64,000 bases of DNA from Candidatus Saccharimonadia bacterium (GTDB taxonomy: Bacteria; Patescibacteriota; Saccharimonadia; UBA4664; JBBRNT01): positions 20,448-84,447 of the forward strand of contig JBBRNT010000004.1 of assembly GCA_038230095.1 (NCBI GenBank), given 5' to 3'. This document shows positions 1-8,223 of the stretch, one piece after another. The notes under the pieces are model-generated. The model saw only the letters and a program-made list of their open reading frames with translations. It had not been told where the DNA came from and searched no databases. Numbering within the stretch: position 1 is the stretch's first letter; each line of letters starts with the position of its first letter. Made by a program: the position numbers and the translations under genes.

Positions 1-405
1 CAGGTAGCGCTCCTCCTGGGATTAGGCGTCGCCGTTTTCCACCTCCACATGGTCGGTAGCTTTCTCCAATTTGGCATAGCCGCCACCTTTGGCGTCATCG
101 TTTTCCTGGCCTTCGGCTTTACGGTGGCTGGCTGGGCCAAGGACGAGAACCAGGCCGCCCCCATTGCCAATCTAGTGACTTTCCCCATGCTCTTCCTATC
201 CGGCGTATTCTTTCCCCGCGACAGCTTCCCCGCGGTACTCAAAACCATTACCAATTACTTCCCGCTGACGTTCCTGGCCGATGCCCTTCGCCGCATTGCC
301 AATGAGGGCGCCACGCTGGTGACCGTACGCGGCGACATGCTCGGCCTAGCCGTCTGGGGCGTGCTCATGTTTGTAGTCGCAGTCCTTGTCTTCCGGTGGG
401 AGTAG
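1..405 (+). CDS. ABC-2 family transporter permease, C-terminal fragment (gene begins upstream of window)
   Basis: ORF 49..405 runs in-frame from the window edge. Hydrophobic TM segments and a FPRDSFP/LTFLADALR region are typical of the ABC-2 permease C-terminus. Confidence 0.55.
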   Translation, partial: QVALLLGLGVAVFHLHMVGSFLQFGIAATFGVIVFLAFGFTVAGWAKDENQAAPIANLVTFPMLFLSGVFFPRDSFPAVLKTITNYFPLTFLADALRRIANEGATLVTVRGDMLGLAVWGVLMFVVAVLVFRWE

Positions 406-993
406 GTGGTGTCAGCCTACCAGCTTGCTGGCTATTTTGGCGGCATTCTTGCCACCATCCTGGTCATACCCTATATCTGGGAAATATTCTATAGACAGGT
501 TAAGCCCGAGCGGGCGAGCTGGCTTGTTTGGACCGTATTAGCGGGTATTTCGTTTTTTTCCCAGCGCTCAGCCGGCGCCGGCGCGTCGCTGTGGTTCACT
601 GCTGGCAACTGGCTGGGCGTACTTATAGTGTTTATCATCTCCATATTTAAGGGCGTGGGCGGGCTCACATGGTTTGATCTGACGGTTCTCGGTCTGGCTG
701 GCCTCGGAACAATTGGCTGGCTAACCCTGGGTAACCCGGCTCTGGCTATTACGAGTATTATCTTCGCTGACTTTGTAGGGACCCTACCCACAATTATTAA
801 GGCCTATCATCAGCCCGCTAGCGAGTCCAAGACTGCCTTCGCCATAGGCACTGTTTCAGCCGCGTTTGGAGTGTTTGCGGTCGGCAGTCTCAACCCTATT
901 CTTTTGGCCTTCCCCGGCTATCTCCTACTGGCCGATGGGGCAGTTGTAGTCGCCATCCTGCTGGGCCGCCGGGCTCATCACCATCGTGCTTGA
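406..993 (+). CDS. hypothetical integral membrane protein (about 6 TM)
   Basis: 195-aa ORF with a GTG start overlapping the upstream stop. Strongly hydrophobic, no recognisable catalytic motif. Confidence 0.45.
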   Translation: MVSAYQLAGYFGGILATILVIPYIWEIFYRQVKPERASWLVWTVLAGISFFSQRSAGAGASLWFTAGNWLGVLIVFIISIFKGVGGLTWFDLTVLGLAGLGTIGWLTLGNPALAITSIIFADFVGTLPTIIKAYHQPASESKTAFAIGTVSAAFGVFAVGSLNPILLAFPGYLLLADGAVVVAILLGRRAHHHRA

Positions 994-1018
994 CGAACGG
1001 GTGGGTCATGAGCATAAT
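990..1018 (+). promoter_or_regulatory. sigma70-like promoter TTGACG-N17-CATAAT, followed 7 nt later by AAAGCATAAGCAAAA leader motif
   Basis: -35 at 990-995, 17-nt spacer, -10 at 1013-1018. Same architecture as the promoter at 2636-2664. Confidence 0.5.
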
Positions 1019-1076
1019 GCCAAATAAAGCATAAGCAAAATCAAAACACACCAAACACCAATAGATAGGCCCACCA

Positions 1077-2624
1077 ATGCTTAAGCGCGCCCTCACAACT
1101 ACTCTGGCTAGCGCCATCCTCGCTGCAGTTATTATACCGAGCTTTGCCCTAGCCTCCAGCCCTCCTCCCACCCTCTCGCAGTGCGGCTCGGGTACCGGCG
1201 CCACTGCCATCGTCCAGCTCAATGCTGGTCAGCAGTTCACTGTCTACGTCCGCGTACCACAGGCTGCCACTAGCCACGCATTTACTCTAACCCAACAGGA
1301 CTTTACGAGCGGTGGCTGTATTGCCCAAAAGCCGCTAGCAATTATCGATACCCGCTGGCACAGGCTGGCTGGGCTTGTTACTGGTAGTGACAATGTCGTT
1401 GCTAGCCTAACGCTGGACGCACCCGGTTTTGAGGCTGCCTTTGCGAGCGACAAGCCGCAGCTCCTCCTCCTACCAGCCATCAACGCGCCATGCACGCCCG
1501 ACGCAGAGTGCACACTCAGCTACCTGGGGCACGATGCCACCCTCAACCCAAAGGTGGTTTCTCTGCCCTCGGACACCCTGGAAGTACTGCAGGCGATGCC
1601 GGTTAGCGGCGACGCAGTAAAGCAGGTGAACTACCTAGTAGACAGCCAGTTTGCCTACCAAAGTGCCGATCTAGCGTCGTTTGACACCCGCTACGTTCCG
1701 GCCGGCAGGCATGTGCTTACCCGGCAGGTGGTGTTTGCATCCGGGCAATCACTGTCCATTTCCCAGTCCGACGCCGGTGACGCCAACTGGTGGGGGAGCA
1801 TGCGCCGTGTGGCTAGTTACTACTACCTACGGTACCGACCAGAGCTTATTCTAGGGACGATTGTTCTGAGTGTCTTTTTTCTGATTATGCTCATCCGGCT
1901 CTTTGCCATTGCCTTAGAAGCCTTTGAGCTGCGCCATAAGCACAGCGCGGTGGCATACACCAGGCGGGGTGACCGCTCCAGCGCTACCACCTCGGCTGCC
2001 CAGCAGGTGGCCGCAAGCGACGCGGGCTACCGTCACTTCCTAGTCATCCATTGGCTGAGCCTGGGCATTAAGTGGCTTGTGGGCCTGGCCGTTGCTGCCG
2101 CCCTAGCTGTTGCGGTTTGGAACTACGGCATAGCCTTCTTTGCCGTCAGTGGCCTCAGCATGTTTCCCACCCTGCATGATCACGACGGCATGGTCATAAG
2201 CCGGCTCGGCCGGACCTGGGCGGACATGGGCAGTCGCCCCTTCGTCCCACATCGCTTTGCCATTATTGTCTTCAAGCGTGAGTCTAGCATTGCTGGCAGT
2301 GGGGAAGTGGAGTACATAGTAAAGCGCGTCTACGGACTGCCCGGGGAGCGGGTAGTGGTGCGTGGGGGCAAGGTGACCGTCTACAATACCGAGCACCCCA
2401 AGGGCTACAATCCTGACGACGGTCAGTACTGGCGCTACCCCGTAGACACCATTGGCTCTATCGACACGGTGGTGCAGCCCGGTGAGGTCTTTGTCATGGG
2501 GGACAACCGGCCCGAGAGTATAGACTCCCGCGTTTTTGGCGCCGTCCCATCCACCACAATTGTTGGCGAGGTTGTCGGCCGCCTCACGCCAATCAAAGAC
2601 GCCAAGCTGTTTCTAGGAGAGTAA
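1077..2624 (+). CDS. lepB: signal peptidase I (LepB) with long N-terminal secreted extension
   Basis: C-terminal third carries SPase I boxes: GLSMFPTL, KRVYGLPGE, GDNRPESIDSR. A TM anchor sits just before SMFPTL. N-terminal roughly 300 aa has its own signal peptide and another TM. Confidence 0.75.
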   Translation: MLKRALTTTLASAILAAVIIPSFALASSPPPTLSQCGSGTGATAIVQLNAGQQFTVYVRVPQAATSHAFTLTQQDFTSGGCIAQKPLAIIDTRWHRLAGLVTGSDNVVASLTLDAPGFEAAFASDKPQLLLLPAINAPCTPDAECTLSYLGHDATLNPKVVSLPSDTLEVLQAMPVSGDAVKQVNYLVDSQFAYQSADLASFDTRYVPAGRHVLTRQVVFASGQSLSISQSDAGDANWWGSMRRVASYYYLRYRPELILGTIVLSVFFLIMLIRLFAIALEAFELRHKHSAVAYTRRGDRSSATTSAAQQVAASDAGYRHFLVIHWLSLGIKWLVGLAVAAALAVAVWNYGIAFFAVSGLSMFPTLHDHDGMVISRLGRTWADMGSRPFVPHRFAIIVFKRESSIAGSGEVEYIVKRVYGLPGERVVVRGGKVTVYNTEHPKGYNPDDGQYWRYPVDTIGSIDTVVQPGEVFVMGDNRPESIDSRVFGAVPSTTIVGEVVGRLTPIKDAKLFLGE

Positions 2625-2635
2625 TTGCGTCAGAA

Positions 2636-2664
2636 TTTGACAAACACTAATTCAATCAGCATAA
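2636..2664 (+). promoter_or_regulatory. sigma70-like promoter TTGACA-N17-CATAAT, followed 7 nt later by AAAGCATAAGCAAC leader motif
   Basis: -35 at 2636-2641, 17-nt spacer, -10 at 2659-2664. Motif AAAGCATAAGCAA at 2672-2684, upstream of ATG 2708. Confidence 0.55.
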
Positions 2665-2707
2665 TCCTTATTAAAGCATAAGCAACATAAAAACAACGGA
2701 ACAATTC

Positions 2708-3196
2708 ATGCCAAAAACCACCAAGTCCACATCCAAAACAACCACCGTCAACAAGCTCAGCGTAGCCGGTCTACAGAAAATGTCCGATCGTAAGAAAACC
2801 GCTCTTATCGCCCTCATTGTCGGAGTCATCGGCGTCAGCAGCTTCTTCGGCTACTCCGCGTACCAGGATAGCCAGCTCAAGGCTCTTGCAGCCACCTACA
2901 CCCCCATGGGCTCATCACGCGGCGTAACTGCCGTTGCCTGCAAGAAGGTTTTTAGTGGTGGTGTCACCGTCGTCCAGATTATTGCCTGGGGCACACCCCC
3001 AGCAGGCTACAACTATCTCGGATCGTTCTCGGGCGGGCCGCTGCGCCTTAGCAGTGGGCCAATTTCATCACAAGGCACCTCAATCCAGTTTGTCCCCTCC
3101 ATCCAGTATATTAGCTGGGTCCTGACTCGGCCGGGGCTAGGCTACAGCTATGATGGTGGTGGCCTCCAGCTAGGGAGTATTAAAACCTGCGGCTAG
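2708..3196 (+). CDS. hypothetical membrane-anchored protein (N-terminal TM, Gly/Ser-rich exodomain)
   Basis: 162-aa ORF. Lys/Thr-rich N-terminus, one TM (LIALIVGVIGVSSFFGY). No known motif. Confidence 0.45.
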   Translation: MPKTTKSTSKTTTVNKLSVAGLQKMSDRKKTALIALIVGVIGVSSFFGYSAYQDSQLKALAATYTPMGSSRGVTAVACKKVFSGGVTVVQIIAWGTPPAGYNYLGSFSGGPLRLSSGPISSQGTSIQFVPSIQYISWVLTRPGLGYSYDGGGLQLGSIKTCG

Positions 3197-3232
3197 TCGT
3201 CCCAGACGTGCCCAGCGCGTATAATAGCTCTC

Positions 3233-4144
3233 ATGCAGCGTTTGTGGAGCTCAACCAAATCTGAAAATGTCCATTGGCGCCAGCTACTAGCCACCTCCCG
3301 GCCCCTGGCCTGGCTTAAGACAGCTGGGCCCTTCCTGGCCGGCGGCTGGCTGGCCTACGGCCACCCCACCCCCCAGCTGCTCATTGGCTTTACCTACTTT
3401 CTGTTTCCCTACAATCTAGCGCTCTACGGCGCTAGCGACGCCTACGACTTTACCGCCGATGCCCACCACTCGCGCAAGGCCGGCGCAGAGTCCATACTGC
3501 CCACCGCCAAGCGCCACCAGCTGTGGTTCTGGATTGCGGTAGTTAATCTACCATTCCTGGTTTATCTTTTTCTAAGTGGCACGCTCGGTAGCCGGCTCTG
3601 GCTGCTTTTCAGCCTGGGCATGGTTGCGCTCTACGGCCTGCAGGGTATTCGCCTGAATGAGATCCCATTCATAGACTCTATTGTCTCTAGCATCCACTTC
3701 TGGAGCCCGCTGGTCTATGGCACGCTGCTCGGCGGGGGATCCGTCACCTATCGGCCGGCCCTGGCCGCCTTCATCCTCTGGGCCATGGCCACCCAGTCCT
3801 TTGGCGCTATCCAGGATCTAGCCTATGACCGTGCCGCCGGGGTAGCATCCATTGCTACCGCCCTCCGCGAGCGAGGCACGGTCTACTTTGGGGCTATCTG
3901 TTACGCTCTGGCCGCTGGATTGGTCATACTAGGTTTTGGCCTGCCAGGCCTTGTTGTAGGCATAGCGCTACTAGGCTACGTTATAAATGTCTTGGTTGCA
4001 GGCTTCTCAGCGGGCCCACCCAGCCTACGCTACCGCCGGGGCTGGCAAGTCCTGCAGCGGCTCAATCTACTCGTCGGGCTTATCATCATCATCGGCTTGC
4101 TTGTTATCCTGAACCCGTTCGGCCACGAACTGCTGCTGCACTAG
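3233..4144 (+). CDS. UbiA-family prenyltransferase-like polytopic membrane protein
   Basis: 303 aa, roughly 8 TM. Asp-rich motifs SDAYDFTAD (DxxDxxxD) and QDLAYD (DxxxD) are spaced as in UbiA/MenA-type prenyltransferases. Confidence 0.5.
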   Translation: MQRLWSSTKSENVHWRQLLATSRPLAWLKTAGPFLAGGWLAYGHPTPQLLIGFTYFLFPYNLALYGASDAYDFTADAHHSRKAGAESILPTAKRHQLWFWIAVVNLPFLVYLFLSGTLGSRLWLLFSLGMVALYGLQGIRLNEIPFIDSIVSSIHFWSPLVYGTLLGGGSVTYRPALAAFILWAMATQSFGAIQDLAYDRAAGVASIATALRERGTVYFGAICYALAAGLVILGFGLPGLVVGIALLGYVINVLVAGFSAGPPSLRYRRGWQVLQRLNLLVGLIIIIGLLVILNPFGHELLLH

Positions 4145-5016
4145 TCGCGGAGCTTCTTTTCCATAAAGGCTCGGAGTCGGTCGCCGTACGCCTCCGTCTG
4201 GAGGGCCACATCTATTACTGATTGTAGGTAGGCCATGGGGTTGCCGGTATCGTGGTAGGCGCCGTCAATCACTCGGCCATACACTGCATCTGTCTTGGCC
4301 AGCTCATTAAATGAGTCTGCTAGCACAATCTCACCACCTGCCCCTACCTGCTCCTTGGCAATAATCGGAAGAATGTCCGGTGTCAGAATGTAGCCGCCAA
4401 TGGTTGCCAGGCGGGAGGGAGCCGCATCGGCCAGTGGCTTCTCAATTATCTCGTCCAGCTGCCAAGTATTGTGATTCAGCTGCTTTCCAGTGCGCACAAT
4501 GCCGTACTTGGACACATCGGCCTGGTCTACTTCTACCAGCGCTGTCACAGACTTACCGGTCTGCTCATAGGCCTCCAGCATTTGTACCGTGCGTGGCACC
4601 TTGCCCGTAAAGAAGTCGTCTGCAAACAGTACGAAGAACGGCTCGTCGCCCAGTAAGTGGGCAGCGTTCAGGACGGGCCGGGCATTACCTTTGGGGGAGC
4701 CTTTCTGCCGCACGTAGATGAAGTTGGCCATCTCCGCAATCTCTTGGATCTGTTGCGCCTGCGCCTCCTTGCCCTTATCCCGTAGCTCATTCTCTAGCTC
4801 CGTTGCCCGGTCAAAGTGGTCCTCAATAGCGCGCTTCGTTGAGCCGGTCACAATAATAATCTCAGTCACACCAGCAGCAATGGCTTCTTCTACCACCATC
4901 TGGATCACGGGCTTATCAATAATTGGGAGCATTTCCTTGGGCATGGCCTTGGTCTGGGGCAAGAACCGTGTGCCTAGGCCGGCGGCCGGAATGATAGCTT
5001 TGGTAATCTTTTTCAT
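4141..5016 (-). CDS. galU: UTP--glucose-1-phosphate uridylyltransferase
   Basis: N-terminus KAIIPAAGLGTRFLP...KEMLPI and full-length similarity to the GalU nucleotidyltransferase fold. 291 aa. Confidence 0.9.
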   Translation of the reverse strand: MKKITKAIIPAAGLGTRFLPQTKAMPKEMLPIIDKPVIQMVVEEAIAAGVTEIIIVTGSTKRAIEDHFDRATELENELRDKGKEAQAQQIQEIAEMANFIYVRQKGSPKGNARPVLNAAHLLGDEPFFVLFADDFFTGKVPRTVQMLEAYEQTGKSVTALVEVDQADVSKYGIVRTGKQLNHNTWQLDEIIEKPLADAAPSRLATIGGYILTPDILPIIAKEQVGAGGEIVLADSFNELAKTDAVYGRVIDGAYHDTGNPMAYLQSVIDVALQTEAYGDRLRAFMEKKLRD

Positions 5017-5064
5017 GCCCCTATTATCTGCTAGGGACTAAGCTATCTGCAACCCCGGTCTGCT

Positions 5065-6138
5065 ATGATGAAGGGCGTGAAAAACATTGTCTTTACCCGC
5101 ACATCGCCCACTGCCGGCCGGCTCGGCACTGCCCACGGCAGTGTTCCTACGCCCACGTTCATGCCGGTAGGCACGGTGGGCTCGGTCAAGAGCCTTACCT
5201 TTGACCAGGTGCGCTCCACCGGCGCCGGCATTGTTCTGGGCAATACCTACCACCTGCATCTACGGCCCGGCGAGGCCATAGTCCAAGCCGCCGGGGGGCT
5301 AGCAGAGTTTGGACAGTGGCAGGGCCCCATGCTGACAGACTCTGGCGGCTTCCAAGTATTTTCACTCGCCAAGATCCGCAAGATTACCGATGCCGGCGTT
5401 ACCTTCCGCGAGCCCAAAAGCGGCGATGAAATATTTATTTCGCCTGAAATTAGTATGCAGATCCAGTTTGCGCTGGGGGCGGACATTATTATGGCTTTTG
5501 ATGATGTTGTCAGCCTAGATGGCAGTGAGGCTGGTCGGGAGGCCGAGGCGCTGTCTCGCACGCACGCCTGGCTGGAACGCTGTGTAGCCGAGCATAGACG
5601 GCTCAGCAAGGGCATGGCCACTCCACCGGCGCTTTTTGGCATTGTGCAGGGGGGATTAGACCAATCCCTACGCCGCCGCAGCCTGGAGTTTGTCCAGTCT
5701 CAGCCAGTGGCCGGTATTGCCATAGGCGGTCTGAGTGTAGGGGAACCACGGGCCGACATGTTTGCCATGCTGGAGTACCTGGAGCCCATGTACGATGCCG
5801 CCCGCCCGCACTACCTGATGGGCGTCGGCCATCCGCTAGACCTCCGCTACGCCTTTGCCCACGGCATAGATATGGCCGATTGTGTGCTGCCCACCCGCAA
5901 TGCCCGCCACGGCCAGTGCTGGATCACCGGTGATGAGACGCTTAATCTCAAGTCCGAGCGCTACAAGGCCGACTTTGGGCCCCTAGACGCTAGCTGCGAC
6001 TGCACCACCTGCACTGGCGGCTACTCGCGGGCCTACCTGCGTCACCTGTATGCAGCTGGGGAAGTTCTGGCCGGTACCTTAGTCTCCATCCACAATCTCC
6101 GCTACTTGCAGCGCATTGCCGAAGGCTTCCAGGCCTAG
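5065..6138 (+). CDS. tgt: queuine tRNA-ribosyltransferase (tRNA-guanine transglycosylase)
   Basis: Motifs [42 protein letters not shown]...[15 protein letters not shown] and the Zn site CDCTTC...H. Confidence 0.92.
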   Translation: [357 protein letters not shown]

Positions 6139-6671
6139 TCTACGGTAATAGATTCGAGTATCTGCTTGATCACTGGGTTGCTGGGCGTTAGATCCGCCAA
6201 TACTGCATTGAACATGCTTGCCGCATGCCACGCCCCCTTGGCGTCCTGGAAGCTAACCACGTAGACAGTGTGCGCATTGCTCTTAGCCTCGCAGACTGGG
6301 AAGTCCTTGCCAGCTATGTGCGCAATCAGTACAACACTCAGCGTGCCCGCAGCCGTACATATACTCGTCTGGCTTGGGTCGGTGGCGTCCTTTGGTGCAA
6401 TAGACATGACCAGTGTGTCACTGGTTCGGCCCGGACGCGCCAGAATAGCCGTACCACCGGGTGCCACCGTGCGACCATCGGAGAAGAATAGGAGGGTATA
6501 GTGCGTGCCCTTGTTGACGTACTTGGTGGTCACCAGTGTAGCGGCGGAGTCCAGCGTAGCGTTCTGCAACATAGCCTGGTCAATCAGCGGCTTGAAGAAA
6601 ATGTAGCCGGCTACGCCCAGGCCCACTACCAACACACCAATACCAATCAACACCCATTTGAAGACTTTCAT
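6135..6671 (-). CDS. hypothetical membrane-anchored protein
   Basis: 178 aa, N-terminal TM, no recognisable domain. The 4-nt overlap with the tgt stop is convergent. Confidence 0.45.
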   Translation of the reverse strand: MKVFKWVLIGIGVLVVGLGVAGYIFFKPLIDQAMLQNATLDSAATLVTTKYVNKGTHYTLLFFSDGRTVAPGGTAILARPGRTSDTLVMSIAPKDATDPSQTSICTAAGTLSVVLIAHIAGKDFPVCEAKSNAHTVYVVSFQDAKGAWHAASMFNAVLADLTPSNPVIKQILESITVD

Positions 6672-6700
6672 ACTCTCAGCTTAGCATAAGCATAATTCAT

Positions 6701-6750
6701 AGCCCAAATGAAACACCCCCCACGGATAGACTGGTGTCTACCGTGGGGGG
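6701..6750 (-). terminator. rho-independent terminator (15-bp GC-rich hairpin + T-tract on minus strand)
   Basis: Hairpin 6716-6750 (CCCCCCACGG.TAGAC/GTCTACCGTGGGGGG). Followed on the minus strand by TGTTTCATTTGGG. Confidence 0.55.
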
Positions 6751-6780
6751 TGTGGTGTAGTCGCGTGGTACCCAGCTAGT

Positions 6781-7449
6781 TTAGCTGGCGCTGGCGGGCA
6801 CGAAGCCGCGCGGAGGGGTCTGCAGGATGCTCTCAAGGACGTCGCCGCTCACGCCCGGCTTGATCAGCCCGCGGTGGGCTTCGCAGCGCCACATCTGGTG
6901 TCCGTTGCCAACGTCTACCGCCGAGGTTGCGTGGGCGCGGCAGGTATCCGAGGCGGTGCGTACATCAGCCTTCATGGGGAAAGCGCAATCCTTGAGCAGG
7001 AGATCGATGGGCACCATTACCGCTGCGGGCTCCAGGCCCACTACCTGTGAGCGGTCGAGCTTGCTGCCATCGGGCGGGAAGAGTGTGATGATCTCGCCAC
7101 TCATGTGGGCCTCCAGGAACAACCGGGTGCCGCCACCTTCCAGACCGGGCCCCATGTCGCGCGCACTCAGGAACATGGCGTTGGCCTCGTAGAACAGATC
7201 GGCGCAGTTCACCCAGCGCTTCGGCAGTGGTGGGAAGCCTTCACCCTCGGCCATCCACTTCAGCGTGACCACCAGATCGGCCAGATCAATGCTGATCGTG
7301 GCGATCTCACCCCGGCGGAGATAGCCCTCACGAGGGTTCTGCACTTCGATTTGACCGCCAATGTAGCGGTCGAGCACTTCTTGGGTAAGTTGCATGGCTA
7401 TCTGCTTTCTGTCGAGACGGTGCGTCTTACGAATGGGCGCATAATACAA
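6781..7449 (-). CDS. hypothetical protein (Cys/His-containing C-terminus)
   Basis: 222-aa ORF followed by a terminator on its strand. No confident domain. Confidence 0.4.
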   Translation of the reverse strand: MYYAPIRKTHRLDRKQIAMQLTQEVLDRYIGGQIEVQNPREGYLRRGEIATISIDLADLVVTLKWMAEGEGFPPLPKRWVNCADLFYEANAMFLSARDMGPGLEGGGTRLFLEAHMSGEIITLFPPDGSKLDRSQVVGLEPAAVMVPIDLLLKDCAFPMKADVRTASDTCRAHATSAVDVGNGHQMWRCEAHRGLIKPGVSGDVLESILQTPPRGFVPASAS

Positions 7450-7527
7450 TATATTTGCCTAAATAGCAATGCTATAAGGATTCATCAAATTATTTGGTAT
7501 ACTTGGTGCTAGTTCGAATCTAGCCAT

Positions 7528-7604
7528 GGGGATGTAGCTCAGTTGGTTAGAGCAGGCGGCTCATAACCGCTTGGTCGCTGGTTCAAGTCCAGCCGTCCCC
7601 ACCA
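7528..7604 (+). tRNA. tRNA with CAT anticodon, ileX-like (probably tRNA-Ile2 read via lysidine; alternatively elongator Met)
   Basis: Cloverleaf GGGGATG...CGTCCCC-A-CCA with anticodon loop CTCATAA. The D-arm to T-arm body closely matches my recollection of E. coli ileX; Ile2 versus Met is less certain than the tRNA call itself (about 0.6). Confidence 0.85.
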
Positions 7605-7606
7605 AT

Positions 7607-7640
7607 AAAAGTGCCTCACGAAAGTGAGGCACTTTTATTG
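7607..7640 (+). terminator. rho-independent terminator
   Basis: AAAAGTGCCTCAC-GAAA-GTGAGGCACTTTTATTG immediately after the tRNA. Confidence 0.7.
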
Positions 7641-7830
7641 ACGAGTCAGATTGTGGATTTGGACCAGCGACACGCTGGTTCGCGTAGCGTTCCTATCCCC
7701 TACACGTGGTCTTTCTAGGGGGAGAGGGCCTCAGATGCGCTCGGATGCCCCATACGCTACAATGGCGGCCACGCGCTTCCCTAGTTCTGTGTCGAAGTTC
7801 AGCTATTTGCAGGCTGTTTAAGAGCTTGTA

Positions 7831-8223
7831 TTGTACAATATGCTTATGGAAAAAGGCTCCTTTAGCCGCGGTGCATTTATAAATGGTATTGGCCTAGTTG
7901 TGGTCATATACCTAGTGGCATTACTAGTGCAGACAGTCAAACGTAATAATGATCTCCGGGGGCAGATTAGCAGCCTCCAGGCGAGCATTACCGAGCTGGA
8001 CAATGAGCGCCAGGACCTGGCCTACAAGATTAACTACTACAATACCGATGATTTCCGCGAGAAAGAGGCACGGGCCAAACTCGGTCTGCAAATGCCCGGC
8101 GAGTCGGTTATTATCCTGCCACCGGTAAACACGAGTGCCACTGCCGGCACAGCAGCTGCCACTGCGGTCCGAAGCCAGCCGAACCCCACCCAGTGGTGGA
8201 ACTTCCTTCGAGGCCGCTCGTGA
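7831..8223 (+). CDS. ftsB: septum formation initiator (FtsB/DivIC family)
   Basis: N-terminal TM, coiled coil, and EKEARAKLGLQMPGE resembling the FtsB/DivIC signature (ERIAREQLGMVKPGE). Confidence 0.55.
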   Translation: MYNMLMEKGSFSRGAFINGIGLVVVIYLVALLVQTVKRNNDLRGQISSLQASITELDNERQDLAYKINYYNTDDFREKEARAKLGLQMPGESVIILPPVNTSATAGTAAATAVRSQPNPTQWWNFLRGRS

